Positions 14,501 to 27,653 of a DNA stretch of 64,000 nucleotides are shown here, one piece after another. The DNA lies in NCBI GenBank assembly GCA_964035545.1, contig OZ037771.1, positions 3,297,628 through 3,361,627 of the forward strand, in the 5' to 3' direction. The position numbers and the translations under genes are program-made. Each line of letters opens with the position of its first letter. Position 1 is the stretch's first letter. The notes under the pieces are model-generated. The model saw nothing but the letters and a program-made list of their open reading frames with translations. It did no database searches and was not told the DNA's origin. The stretch is from Bugula neritina. Taxonomy: Eukaryota; Animalia; Bryozoa.

Positions 14501-15239
14501 TTTCACTATTTTAGGACTGGAAAACGTTGAGCTAAGAGTGATGGATGCGTGCAATGCCTCACCAGACTTGAATGAAAAGTTTGACCTCGCGATGATGTTT
14601 GACGTTTATCACGACGTCCCATACCCTGATAAACTGATAGCCGGAATTCACCGTATCCTAAAGCCGGGAGGCATGTTACTGATGAATGACATCGGGGCTC
14701 ATGAGTCTATCACAGCGAACAAAGAAGAAAATGGTACACACAATTTCTTAAAACAACGCGCACAGCCAATATAGTTTTACCATTTTAAGATTACAGAAAG
14801 TCACTTTTGCAAGCTCTCCTACTCATAAGGTGTTGAAAGTGTGATAAGTTGACAATGATAACCTGGTATAAGAAGCTGCTAGTAAAAACCTACCTTTAGA
14901 CAATCGGTTTACCCCAAAATATGTTTTTTAAATTTGGCATTATATATAAGTTGCATATTATATCATCAGCTGTAGTGTATGTAGTATCTTAATGCAGGTA
15001 GTTATTTAAATCTATAGATAAGAGCAGTATTCTATGTGTTTTTTGTAGCCACCATGTTTGGCATGTACTACACAATTAGCTCACTGTACTGCATGCCTAC
15101 CTCCTACAAATACCCAGATGGTGCAGGTCTCGGTGCTTGTGGTGGCATGGAGCTGTATGAAAGGAAACTCAAAGACGTATTTACTGATGTTCGGAAAGTG
15201 GCTAAAGACGTAGGACTGTTTTTTCTCTGTACAAAATAA
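11597..15239 (+). CDS. Rv2258c-like SAM-dependent methyltransferase (N-terminal winged helix + class I MTase), paralogue A, 7 exons
   Basis: GTRLGLFE...KERYIREWINGM, CFPVDGP, YPVLHEF, VVEVGCGAA, FDVYHDVPYP, LKPGG and SLYCMPTS..GAGLG, colinear with the Rv2258c family as I recall it. Confidence 0.88.
13124..13318 (+). mobile_element. tRNA-derived SINE, diverged copy
   Basis: Alignable to 50179-50385 (gatgttaggaaaagcatccagtc...aaaaaccgtttccattagggg...cagggata). Confidence 0.7.
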
Positions 15240-15600
15240 TCAGTCACACCTACAACTTATCGGTCAGTTTATACAATCCATTGATAGTATATACAAGAAG
15301 ATAAGAAGCTGATTTGTTATAATTTGTTTTAGAATTAAAATACTAAACAAACTACAAAAATGTTGGAATAAATTTCTGTTCATCAATAAAAAACTAAAAA
15401 TTTTATTGCTGAAAAAATCAACTATCAAAACTAATAATCAATGATATAATCAAAATATTTCATCATTTGATCTTTAGAAAAATACTAAAGATTATTGCTA
15501 TTAATACATATCAGACTAGAAATACTGCTACAGCTATGCTCAACAATCAAAAGCTCCAATCTTGTAAATTAGCCTATTTTTAACTCAAACAGATTCAGGT

Positions 15601-18600
15601 TTATATTTTACAAACACCGTCATCACTTTTAGTCTTCTTTGTCTCTGGTTCAATTTCATGTATTTCTAGAGTTTTCGTAGCACAGAAAGTGAGGCCAATA
15701 ATTTCGTCACAACGTTTCACAATCTCACCCAGTCCGCTCTCTTTGAGCAGATCTTCAAAGACTTTAGGACCTGCACAGGGCCCCAACCCTGCTCCCCCGG
15801 GATGCTTCACAGATGTTGGCATGCAGTAGAGGGTTCCTATCATGTACATTATACAGCCCTGTGCACCTAAAATAGCATCACAATAACTTTATAGATTGTG
15901 ATTAACTCTATCACATCAGTAAGTGGTCTATCGACTTAAATTCAGAATAAAATAATGGTAAAGAACAGTAAATTGTAAATTAAAATTCTAAGCCACAGTC
16001 TTGAAGCTAACCAGAAACAAATATACAACAGTTGTTACGCATCAAACATTTACACAAAATCAGCACAGATGATATCAATGATCATATCAACCAATGACTG
16101 ATTTTTTAAATCAATATGATTATTCATCAAGACCACATAACTTTTTATTCTGGTTAGGAATGTATTATAACAAATAACTATTAATTATAGTCAGCGATTT
16201 TACCACATTTCACTTTGTTTTCTTCTACTGTGTCAAACATGTTGATCTCATTCATGATAAACCTCCCTCCTAGTTTGAGAAGTTTACAAGCTCCTTGCAA
16301 CAGCTTGATTGGATACGGCACGTCGTGAAAGACATCAAAGAGTATGACCAAGTCAAACTCGTCGGCCATACTGTCAGGTACATCACACGCATCCACTATT
16401 GCATAAGAGACGTTGGCTAAGTCTAAAATGCAGCAATAAACACAAGTAGCAACAGAGCTGAAACAGCATCAGACAAAATATACTTTTTGCAAGAATTTAA
16501 GGCATTTGTGAGAACTAGAAGCTTTAGACAACTGAATTTAACTGACCAATGACCTTGTATGATTCAAACAATGCTCCACCCACAACAACATGTCTCCGCC
16601 CACAATAATATGGCTGCTGCCAGTCACTGAAACCGCCATTCAATAATGTAGTGTCCATAAATCAAGGCAATAAAATCCCTAACTCTAATAGTTTAAACTC
16701 TAACACAGAATACCTTTACAGTTCTCTTTAGCTCTGGATAAAACACTTTCACTCATTTCAGACGCAACAAAAGAGCTGTTGGGGAATCTGGTAGCCATTG
16801 TTTTGACAGGATGTGCAGCTCCGCAGCCCAATTCAATGACCTTCGCACCTTTTTCTGGCAAAACATTCCCGATTCGAAATAAGAGAGGTTACAACACTTC
16901 TTTATCAGTGATACTGTATTAGGAAAATGAAGTATTTTGTCAAAGTAAAACAATTATGCTGGTACAAAAGACCAAATTCCCTTCACAAAAATTCAAGTTA
17001 AAACATGTGTCCACATAATTATATACTTGCACAAGTTTAATAGTAATAAATTTGAAATTTTAAACAATTCTTTAAACTGTCTAAATCACATCAGATAAAG
17101 CAGGAAATACAGACAAATATCTAAGTTACAAAGAAAGATATTTTAATATTTCATATTATCTCTAATGCTGCATTCAATGCACACTATTATTGAGCTTAAA
17201 CCAATATCTGATAGTGACAACATACCCAGTTTCTTAATGAGCTGTTCATCATTTAAAATGGCATCAATCTTATTCACATCTTGAAGAGGGCTGTACTTGG
17301 TGGCCAGAAACTCATGGAGCCCTGGATAATCATCTACTTCTGTACCTGTAACCAACACACTGTAGTTGTACCAGCTACTGTAACCAACACACTGTAGTTG
17401 TACCAGCTACTGTAACCAACACACTGTAGTTGTACCAGATACTGTAACCAACACTCTGTAGTTGTACCAGCTACTGTAACCAACACACTGTAGTTGTACC
17501 AGCTACTGTAACCAACACACTGTAGTTGTACCAGCTACTGTAACCAACACACTGTAGTTGTACCAGCTACTGTAACCAACACACTGTAGTTGTACCAGAT
17601 ACTGTAACCAACACTCTGTAGTTGTACCAGCTACTGTAACCAACACACTGTAGTTGTACCAGCTACTGTAACCAACACACTGTAGTTGTACCAGCTACTG
17701 TAACCAACACTCTGTAGTTGTACCAGCTACTGTAACCAACACATTCACTATTTTGCTGCACAACACACCTGGTGGTCCATCAATAGGAAAGCACGCCTCT
17801 ACATTTCTACTGTTTTGAGCGACTCCAGAAAGAAGCTGAGAGGACGAGGCGGGACAACCCTCCGCGGAGTGTGTAAGAGCTGGAAGACGAAATGGAGCTA
17901 ACCAGTACTTGTCTACCCCGTTCTCCACACAATGATCCACCATGTCCGCACACACCATTCCGTTTATCCACTCCCTGATGTATCTTGAAATTGCAATAAG
18001 AAAACTATGCTATACTGTAGGTGATTTTGGTTCATTATCACTATTATTTTGTTTATAATTAAACAAGTTCAACAAAAGAACTTTACAATTAATCACAGAT
18101 AAAACTAAACATAGGTAGCAAGTGAGTGAAAACAGAGTAAAGGCAACAGCACCTCTCCTTACACTTTGTATAATCTGCGATGACTTGTGTGGTTACTGCA
18201 GTCTCTTTAGACACAGAGAGAGATGCAATGGCATCAAATAGTTTTAGCCTAGTGCCTGCATGTACACAATACACTGTTACTCTAGATGCATATATAGAGT
18301 TATTTTACTTGCAATAGCAAAGATCGAAGAGTCTCCTTTAACCAAAAAACTAAACAAGTGGGATATGTTTGGATATTCTATTAAAACAAACCTACACCAG
18401 ATAGAAGTAACAAAGATAATTGAATGTTTACACAAATTAACCACAGGCATTTACTAAATCCTAAAGGCCATTCAATCAAGAGAGTTTTATGACAATGAAA
18501 CTGTGTTTTGTAGCTGATATATTTCAGAATCATCTGCCCTTGAAAAAAGAATGTGAAACATGACAGTAAACAATTTATCCCAAAACGCATTATTTTTAAA

Positions 18601-18861
18601 AGAAAATATATTTGCATGAAACAGAAAACATGGTATGGGTTGAACCAAAGATAACACCAGCATGTAATATTTTCACAGCAAAACATTTACTCTATTTATA
18701 ATAACAATGCAAGCTGTTTTCAGTAATGCGATATATCAACAAATAGAACAGCATCAGCCATTTATTGCAGCATTATAATACAGACCTAATGAAATACCAG
18801 CAGCTATGAATCCCTTCATTATAGCATCTTGGACCTTCTGGGAAAAGTCACTTGAAGACAT
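15601..18861 (-). CDS. Rv2258c-like SAM-dependent methyltransferase, paralogue B, 7 exons
   Basis: Starts MSSSDFSQKVQDAIMKGFIAAGISLG; motifs GTRLKLFD, KERYIREWINGM, VIELGCGAA, FDVFHDVPYP and TLYCMPTS..GAGLG; intron positions match paralogue A. Confidence 0.88.
17346..17742. repeat. 32-bp minisatellite, 12.4 copies, filling most of an intron
   Basis: Unit ctgtaaccaacacactgtagttgtaccagcta; the terminal copy supplies the real acceptor (GTTACAG|G on the minus strand). Confidence 0.95.
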
Positions 18862-18978
18862 ATTCCTAAAGAATCTTTGTTATTAGAGAACTGTAATTAC
18901 AATTAACGTAGCATATCAAATAAGATAATGAAACGAAACCTGGATTTCAAATCTGGAGCTGTGGAATGGCGTCATTTA

Positions 18979-19136
18979 GGAGCAGTAGTGGAGAAATTGA
19001 GATAGCCTAAGCTATTTGATTTTATTATTAAATTTCGGTTTAGGACGCGGGTTAAAATTTTCGCGAGAACATAACTTCTTATGCTACATTACTACGCTAG
19101 AACACAGGCTTTTTTAAATTTCTCCATTCCTGCACC
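18979..19136. mobile_element. MITE with ~30-bp TIRs and flanking TA
   Basis: ggagcagtagtggagaaattgagatagcct ... aggcttttttaaatttctccattcctgcacc, with TA on both sides. Confidence 0.85.
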
Positions 19137-22013
19137 TACCTACCTAACTGCTACCACTAGCTTTGAACCTTAGCTTAGCTTGTTCACTGCCTGATGCATT
19201 TATGAGTCACTTTCAGTAATTTACTAAAAAGCCTCGAACTTTCAATTAAATATAACTAATAACTATAGTCTATAAGGATATTATAATTATGGTAAATTAA
19301 TAATATTAAATATATTATTTAATAGTACTAGAACTAACACTAAGTAATACTAGAAGTAATATTAATACAGATTACAGATACTAATAGTAATTCACTAATA
19401 GTGATACTATAACTAAGTCTAATAGTAACTGCAATGTCCAAGGACACTTCGACTATGACTGACAGTCACACTCACTTTAAGTGACTGCGATAATTATAAT
19501 CTTACTTTGTTTTATTGATTATAAAATTAAATAACAGTCGAGTTAATTTTACCACTTATCTGTTATCACTATCACGGTGACACTGACTATTACATCCACA
19601 ATCACTGCTTCACCGAAACTATCACTATCAGTATTACTATGACTTTACCTGGTCTAGTCTATAACCTAAGCTTATACTCAACTTATAGCTAACAAATAAA
19701 CAAGTTTTATTTAATTTTATAACTATAATACCAAATAATAATATAAAGTTCTACAAGATTACAACTTGGGTACAACTATTATTATAACTATAAGTATAAG
19801 TATAACTATAACTATAAGTATAAGATTAAGTATAAGCCTAAGGCTAAGCATCGGACTAACTTTAAGAGTTAGAGTAAAAGTAAGACTAACAGTAACTGCA
19901 AGACTAACAGTAATACAATTACTCACTAATAGTAATACTAACTCAGTAACTGTAAGATTTATTACAATTAAACAATCAATATTATCATTATGATTATCAT
20001 TATATGATTATAAGATTAGGTGTAATTCTATTTTTTACTTTTTCTTTTAGTTTTAGTTCACAGTTAGACTTGCTTCAAGTTTAAAGTAATGGAGTTAAAA
20101 GTCTCATCTCTAAGAAAAACACAATAAACCTGATTAAATTTCAACAGGCTTTAATTACTATTCTATAGCAGTAGAGTCCAATTCCACCATGATTATTTAA
20201 TAAGCACAACCTTAAACTTTTAAGACTAAGTGAAAGTTTGCAGGAAACTCCCAGCAGCATTCACCGGAAACTTCGAAACCGCAAGTTTGGCAGGTTGCTC
20301 ATCTAGCATTATTTTTATCATGACTGCCAATAATATCAATATTATTAAAATATCAGTAATGCGTCATAAATTTTAAAAATAATTGAAGCATATCAGCAGT
20401 AGCAATGTCATAATTTAAATTACAAATAATTATTTTAAGCGCCCTATCAACTCGTAGAGCAAACGAACACAAAAAGGAGACAACTCTACAAAGATAGCCT
20501 GCTAGTGAGTGATGAACTGATATAGATGTTAAAAAATCAAGCAGCAACACTTGCACTCTCTGTGGTGTGCTCAAAATCACCAGTTAAATAAATTACTTTA
20601 TTCTTATTTAGCACAATGGTCCACTTTCGTAATCATATCTTATTGCAACCGATAATCAATTCATTCAAAGCTGTTGAGCAAATTAAGCTCTATAGTCTCC
20701 AGAGTACTATAGTAGGCCTGCAATGTTGCTGTAGCCAAAAGTATAGAACTTACCTGCTACATTATTATACCTGAATGCAGTTTCTTTTAAGCCATCAGAA
20801 AAAAATTACCAGTGCCACAGCTATTTGAGACTAGTTGATACATATTATTTATTCCAATTATAAGATATATTCCCAATAAAAGTAAGGAATCAGCCTGAAG
20901 CAACTCACAATCCTGCTGCCATAGACACTTGTTATTCATCACTAAAACACCTAAACCTTTGCACAATGGCACAGCGACAGGTGCAAGGATGTAACTCTTG
21001 TGAGTTTTAAGTGGTCATTTATATGATGCCTTAAGGAAAGTGTGGGCTGGTTCACAGTTGTAAAACAGGCTCTCAATATAATATTCTTCAGGAAGTAATT
21101 ACTGTTGATCATATGCAACCAAAAGTGCACTAGAATTTAGAGTATTATACCAACACTACATCATTATTCCAGTAGGCTATGCTATCACCTAAGTTGTAGC
21201 ACATTGCCAGGTCATAATGTAGGCTTGTATTGCAGTTGACAATGACACATTACAGACCATAATAGAAGCTTGAATTACCTACTTTATTACAAATTGGCGT
21301 ATTACAGCATTGCATTTTAACATTCATATAGGCTGCAAGAACTGTGTCAATAAGCCATGGGATGCATAGGATGCATAAGCCATACAATGCAGGTATATCA
21401 TTGCCCCCTCTCTAGTGTCTGTGTTGTCTTATAAATCTCTCAAACCGGAAATGCTGCAACATTCCTTGGCTTTGACATTATGTGAAGAATGGATGCTCTA
21501 AGGGATGAATTTGTGGTAGCCGTTAGCAAGAACTCATGGTTATGGTTTCATTTATGCAACTGTTACCAAACATCAAAAGAAAAATTCAGTTGAAGTTTGG
21601 ATACGAAGTTTCCTTATCAGGTGCTATACCTGCAACCATCATTCAAAACCTCATCTTCTGTTTACAGTGGCATGTATTTTACTGACAGAATATCTCCTCA
21701 ATGCTGCTAACTAAATCACTGCCCCACGCCTCAGATGTTTTACATTTAATAGCTGCTATATTACATTCATGACTTACAAACACAGCAACTGTTGTATCAC
21801 AATATAAAAGCTGTACACGGTATCTCATGTTGGCAAATCTGCCACCTATGTCATTACATAATATACCATAACATTCTTCAAGCTCTGCACTAGCCTGCCC
21901 ATTATATTAAGATTGCCACTTCTGTATCCAGAATCTTGTATTATTTACAATTTACATAGTTAGATTTTGAGAAATATCATGATCAAGTTACTGCATCAAG
22001 TAACTTGCCATTA

Positions 22014-22147
22014 GGTGCAGTAATGGGGAAATTGAGATAGCCAAAGTTCTTTAATTGGTTTGGGTGAGGTTGGAGATTTTCACGAGAAAACAACTTTTAT
22101 TTCTAATCTAGAATACAGGCTTTTCTCAATTTCTCCATTACTGCATG
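22014..22147. mobile_element. MITE with ~30-bp TIRs and flanking TA
   Basis: ggtgcagtaatggggaaattgagatagcc ... ggcttttctcaatttctccattactgcatg, with TA on both sides. Confidence 0.85.
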
Positions 22148-22199
22148 TACCTCAAAGCTGAAAACACAGCCGGCAAGGTAATTTGAGTTTGAATTGAGC

Positions 22200-22649
22200 T
22201 CAATTCGAGTAGTGATACTTGACAACGCACACTCCATTTACGCACTGACTGTAATGATTTTGAGCAAACATGATTACCCTCTTGAATTCTCGATCACTTG
22301 CAAGACTAAAGTAAATTTTATACAAGACAAAATCGTGTTCATTTAGTTTCCTACAATCAATGAAATCACGGTGTTGAGATCTTGTACATGTGAATTCACC
22401 ATCCGGCAACTGGCGATAGTTCCATTTGAATGTTCCCAAGTTCTTGTAACTTCCATTACCATCCGACTTAACGTCATCCAGTGAGTATTTAGATAGATCA
22501 ACAAAGAATGTGCAGCTGTGTTGAACTTTGTATGGTAGTTGGGGAGAAAACTGAAGAGATTTGGAAGTTATGAGCTTTAGCAGGGCTGTGTTATGTAAGC
22601 TCACATTAGCCCTAAAATCCAAAGAACTATCTATAGTTATCAGGCTAGT
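22200..22649 (-). CDS. Variable terminal exon 13: beta-rich domain of uncertain family (FFVDLSKYSLDDVKSDGNGSY...FKRVI)
   Basis: Acceptor tcacctcctag|ACT at 22649 is phase 0; open to the stop at 22200. Confidence 0.65.
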   Translation of the reverse strand, partial: TSLITIDSSLDFRANVSLHNTALLKLITSKSLQFSPQLPYKVQHSCTFFVDLSKYSLDDVKSDGNGSYKNLGTFKWNYRQLPDGEFTCTRSQHRDFIDCRKLNEHDFVLYKIYFSLASDREFKRVIMFAQNHYSQCVNGVCVVKYHYSN

Positions 22650-23294
22650 CTAGGAGGTGACCAGCAGCTAGTAATCGAATAACTTTCTATTTAAGAAACA
22701 CATGCACGGCTCTTAATAAATAACAACTTTGACTACTGCAAGTTCTCATTATTTCTGCCTAATGAGAGAGTTGTGTTAGAACTTAGAAGCATGCTTTCGT
22801 CTCCTACCAACATTTCAGGCAAAGTTTTATCTTTTTCAAAGTAAAAAGCACTTTGTTTTTAACCAAAGAAAAATGAAACTTGCGTGTTAAGAGAAATTTA
22901 TAGCAACTGCAGCGCAAATATTTTGTATATTTTATTTTTTTATATCGATTGTCATATGATCTTTTGATATATTATCAGAGCTTCACCACTGCAGTTGTTT
23001 TCAGAAATATTTACAAAAAATATTCCATTTACTCCAAACGCACTTTGCCAAGAAATGCTCGTATAATACGAGAATATACTTCTACAATCTAAAATACTCT
23101 TGTCAATATAACAGCATGTGACACACATTTGAAGTATACATTATAAAGTTTTCTGCAATAAAAGTTGGAGCCAATTTTTCTAGATAACGTGTAGAATCGA
23201 TGGTTACCATAAACAAATTAAAATATATTTGAGTGATAATTAGATTGTAGCACCAAAATAACAATAGCAAAACTAAAATTAAAGATGAAAAGAA

Positions 23295-23624
23295 TTAATG
23301 ATTGGAGCTTTCAACGAGTTTGAGAAAATCTGAGCAGAAAGAGTCCATTTCATCTGCGGATTTGGCTGTGAACAAGAAATGGTTTTTAATCTTTTTTGTC
23401 ACATAACCAAATCCTGCCAGAGCCATGCTGGACAGAAAATTTCTAGTTCGTTCAGCTGTATACCGATTGTTAGAATCAGGGGGTGCTGATTTCGCACATA
23501 ATACATTTCTAGCAGTGATTGTTCGGTCAACGTTACGATTGGCTAGAATAATGACCCTGTGAACATACTTTTTGTAAAGTAAAACAAGATCCTCTTTTCG
23601 GAATAGACCAGAATCAAGGACTGC
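23295..23624 (-). CDS. Variable terminal exon 12: winged-helix-like domain, subfamily A
   Basis: Acceptor cattgcag|GCA, phase 0; close paralogue of exon 11. Confidence 0.8.
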   Translation of the reverse strand, partial: AVLDSGLFRKEDLVLLYKKYVHRVIILANRNVDRTITARNVLCAKSAPPDSNNRYTAERTRNFLSSMALAGFGYVTKKIKNHFLFTAKSADEMDSFCSDFLKLVESSNH

Positions 23625-25111
23625 CTGCAATGTACACAACTAAAGAGTTCATATCAAATGGTGTTTCATCTACATATTGTCCTGGTATATTTCAAAGTTA
23701 TGAGCTGATTATGAGCCAATCAAAATTTGAGGAAATTTTAGAGGAATCGGCACAGGATTATTGAGCAATTAAAATTCTATACTCTGAAGACCAAATAAAT
23801 GCATAACCAATGCTCTATAGTCTCAATGCTTTAGATGTAGCCTCAGTTCTGAATTGATATGGTCAAGCGATTACAAGAAATAAAGACTTTTACAAGAGCA
23901 AAAACATGCAACGTAATTTTGATGTCCAAATTATTATAACACTTGAAAACGGCCCCAACTTTTTTGCAGAAAACTTACACATTTCAATATCAACATACCT
24001 GCTACAGTTTTGAAGCGGTATTATTTGAGATGCCAATTGATCTGTTTTCTACAAATACCCCAAACTTGACATTTGAAGAAAGTGATTGCACACTGCGAAG
24101 TCAGTTTTGGTCAGAACTTAATATGAAGTATGTATCTCGTGCCCCCCACCCTCACTTTAGTGCCAGCTTCTTTCTAACAAGTGTGGATATTTCTAGACAG
24201 AATAGGGGGAAATTATTACTATATTCAATACTGACATGCTTTTTTCGAGAACTTGTTCTATGTAAAAAAATTAGGATATATGACCAAGAGTTATACCTAT
24301 ACATTATTTTTAAGCCTGATACTAAATTTTTTGTATCAGAATATATTACGTGTGTTTGTGTGTGTGCTTAAAAATCTTGTGATTTAAAATTTTTTTAAAC
24401 CAGCTGTTCTTGCTCACAAAATTGAAATTCATCAAACCGGCTATACATTTTTCTATTATTTGTAACCTTGTTTTTATTGAAAACTGTTTGGGTAGGATTT
24501 AGGAAAAACTGGTGCAATTGAAAGTCAAGCATAGTTTTGCATGTATGTATTGCTCCTGTTCAACACGATCAATCTTAAATTAGTTGTATTCGGCTCAATA
24601 GATTGCATATATTACAGGCGCAAGGAGCAGAAAAGGAGACAAGCATAGCACTTGCTATTAATAGAGGCAACAGGGTTGGGAAAATATTGTTGTTGTCTAA
24701 CAGTAAAATTTTACAAATACTTGCTAGATATGAAGGGCAACTCTGTTAGGAGGTAGGATGATGGTTATTGTGAGGTATGTGCAAGTTCTTCTCATTAGGT
24801 TGTAAAATCATTACAGATACTTCTAATATAAGAACTTTCCAGCTCATGCTGAAGCTAATGTTATAGCTATCAAGTAAACTAATGTGAATGGATGAATCTT
24901 TAGTGGGAAGACTAAGATATGTTTATATGACCGAATACTGTTTCATACTTTCATAAACTACATAAAATATACATAACATGTATGTAAAATGTTAAAAAAT
25001 GTTGGAAGCATTTTAGCATAAAAAATTGTATCATTTAATATTTACAGGTCTGTTTTTAGGAACACAATTCTCACCAGAAATCATAGGTCTATCAGATGCG
25101 CAAGTATGAAC

Positions 25112-25447
25112 CTAATGTCTAGATAATTGAGCAAACTTCAGCAGTTCCAAGCAGAATGGGTCCATTTCTTCTGCTGATTTAGCAGTAAATGAAAAATAGT
25201 TCCTCTTCTTCAGTTTTTGAGTAACAGAACCAAATCCTGCCTGTGCCATGCAGGACAAAAAATCTCGAGTTCGTTCAGCTGTGAGTCTTTTACTATCATC
25301 TGGGGGTGCAGACTTAGCAGAAATTATGTCTCTAACAGAGATTGTTCTGTCAGTTTTACGGCTAGCTAATAGGATGACTTTTGAAACGTACTTTTTGTAG
25401 AGTAAAACAAGATCTTCCTTGCAGAAATTACCAGAATTAGGGTTCGC
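25112..25447 (-). CDS. Variable terminal exon 11: winged-helix-like domain, subfamily A
   Basis: Acceptor cattacag|GCG, phase 0; KEDLVLLYKKYV...TAERTRDFL..MAQAGFG. Confidence 0.8.
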   Translation of the reverse strand, partial: ANPNSGNFCKEDLVLLYKKYVSKVILLASRKTDRTISVRDIISAKSAPPDDSKRLTAERTRDFLSCMAQAGFGSVTQKLKKRNYFSFTAKSAEEMDPFCLELLKFAQLSRH

Positions 25448-25995
25448 CTGTAATGTACACAACTATAAAATTGACAAAAGAGCGCCCACTATAGTAAAAA
25501 GCCGCCATATACTTTGTATCTACTCTGAGGTAGAAAAGTTGTCGAATGCTGTTTGGAAAATATTAGGTTGCAGATATTGTATAAATTACTATTTTCTGTA
25601 GTAGTGGATGCAAAACTAAAGTACTTCAGGAATAAACAGACTGCAGAGATATATGTATATAAACAAAAAGTGTGCATTTTTGAACACTTGCAAAAGATGA
25701 TCCCTGAAGCTTTAATTTACATTATAAGACAACTTGATTTTGTAATTAAAACACTCAGGAAATTAAATTATGTTTTGTAGACAAAGTAACAGTTTTAATA
25801 GACGACTTATGCAGAGATTATGTTTTATAGAAAATATAGCTCAAAAATAAATATGTCACAAATAATAATTTTAGTTATCTTATTGTATTACATTATTGCG
25901 AAGTCAGTTTTGGTCTCGCCTGAAAACCTGATATCTAGAGACAAGCAAAACACTAATTACATGTGAATAGAATAGACCTATAGTTTATTAAACCC

Positions 25996-26382
25996 TCAAG
26001 AATAAAACGGGTAGGTCTGCGCAGCTAGTGCTTCGAGCTTCGTCTTTTGGCAGTCTGTTAGGCCATACTGGGTTAATTTAGGAGTTAAATAGTAGCTCTG
26101 CATGTATTCGGAATGAGCTACACTATAAATATTTAGCTGCTCAGCCGTTGCTGTAGGATTCTTAACAAACCCAACTTGTTCATTGTAGTCTCCTAAACCA
26201 TTCAATTTCAACTCATTGAACACTTGTAATACAGTAGATATATCTGGTCTTCTACCCCAACAGTATGACATCCGAATTTGACGACATGATACAAACTTTC
26301 CAGGAGACTTGAGTACTTTTTTGATGATACTGTTTCGGTTACATCTTTTACTTTTGGCAGCTTCTTCTAAATATGAATTTAC
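25996..26382 (-). CDS. Variable terminal exon 10: winged-helix-like domain, subfamily C
   Basis: Acceptor gtttttag|GTA, phase 0; IIKKVLKSPGKFVSCRQ...LKLNGLG...FVKNP. Confidence 0.75.
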   Translation of the reverse strand, partial: VNSYLEEAAKSKRCNRNSIIKKVLKSPGKFVSCRQIRMSYCWGRRPDISTVLQVFNELKLNGLGDYNEQVGFVKNPTATAEQLNIYSVAHSEYMQSYYLTPKLTQYGLTDCQKTKLEALAAQTYPFYS

Positions 26383-26506
26383 CTAAAAACCCACAACAGC
26401 AGTGAAATGCTTATGAAAGAAAACCCATAACCTGCAATATTCTCATCAAACAAGATGGAAATAAATCTTGCTTTTAAGGAAATCTACAAAGACTATTCAC
26501 CAAAAC

Positions 26507-26872
26507 CTATATTGCGCTACTTTTCCAATCGTCAAAAGTTGCTAAGCCATATAACTTCTGGTAAGTTTCTTGTTGATCTCTGCGAACACGGTCACTTGAA
26601 GAGCCGCCACAGGCAGATGCTGCATTCAATGTTTTTTTATAGGACTCTGGCTTTATGTCATATACCCCTAACATTTCACTAGTCAAATTAGGATTTTTAT
26701 AAAACACATTCCCAACGATGTGGCCATAACCTAAACTGGCTAACTTCTGCATAGAATAATAAATATTTTCCACAAACTCAGGTGTTCTCTGCTTGTAGCA
26801 TTGTGTAAATTCCAATTGCCTCTTACACACTGTGTTTCCTTTCAAACACAAGATCTTTCTCTCAAGAGATTT
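26507..26872 (-). CDS. Variable terminal exon 9: winged-helix-like domain, subfamily C
   Basis: Acceptor ttctgtag|AAA, phase 0; RKILCLKG...MQKLASLGYG...FYKNP. Confidence 0.78.
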   Translation of the reverse strand, partial: KSLERKILCLKGNTVCKRQLEFTQCYKQRTPEFVENIYYSMQKLASLGYGHIVGNVFYKNPNLTSEMLGVYDIKPESYKKTLNAASACGGSSSDRVRRDQQETYQKLYGLATFDDWKSSAI

Positions 26873-27130
26873 CTACAGAACAATTGATGGCTACACAGCT
26901 ACCAAACTTTTATATGAACTTCTTTACATCAACAATAGACTTAATATTCAATAAGTCAAAGGATAAGGTTGGTCTTTATAGACAGGAAGTAGATGTACTT
27001 TAGTTTACAAACACACAGCAACAAAAAACTTTATTACACATATCTGATAATGAATAAAGCTGAGAACGAAATCAGATTACAATTGTAGCATAACATGAAC
27101 ATATAAGCATGTGTTTATCTGCCACGTGGC

Positions 27131-27469
27131 TTAGAACAAAGAGTCATGAAGGTCATTCAGTTCTTTAAGTTTATCACTAGTCACTTGGTGATTTCCTTTA
27201 GTGGATGCCAGTTTCTGGGTGTATTCATAACGAGAAATTCCATAAAATTCAAGCTGTTGATCACTTAACCTTGGATTTTTAAAAAATCGTCCTTTTATTA
27301 GATAGCCATATCCAGTTTGCGAAAGGGCTTTCATAGCACGCTCAATTCTCAACCCAAGAGCTTTTTCATGGTTTTTCCGATTAATACAGTATCTAACTTG
27401 TGTTATGTTAACAACTTTTCCGTGGGCACATAGAATCCGTTGCACCAATAACTGCTGGCTAAGACTTTC
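27131..27469 (-). CDS. Variable terminal exon 8: winged-helix-like domain, subfamily C
   Basis: Acceptor atttttag|GAA, phase 0; ESLSQQLLVQRILC...; paralogue of exon 7. Confidence 0.8.
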   Translation of the reverse strand, partial: ESLSQQLLVQRILCAHGKVVNITQVRYCINRKNHEKALGLRIERAMKALSQTGYGYLIKGRFFKNPRLSDQQLEFYGISRYEYTQKLASTKGNHQVTSDKLKELNDLHDSLF

Positions 27470-27653
27470 CTAAAAATCCACAACAACATGCAGAAGAATA
27501 TGCCAGTTTAGCAAAAAATTTGGTCTCTATAGACAGGTGATTAGAATTTAGAAGACCAAAGTTAAAAATATTTTTTGACATAATTAAAAACCATTAAAAC
27601 CCTCAATTGCTTATTTTATGTACATTTTTGTAAAAGTATTTTCAACTAAATTG

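Noticed and set aside
17346-17742. CRISPR-like 32-bp repeats
   Set aside because: Head-to-tail units with no spacers, inside a eukaryotic intron, and no cas genes
19766-19993. Ile/Ser/Thr-rich ORF (similar ORF at 57210-57401)
   Set aside because: Low-complexity AT-rich DNA with no coding signal
23943-24371. 142-aa plus-strand ORF
   Set aside because: No recognisable motif or splice context; antisense within an intron of the array
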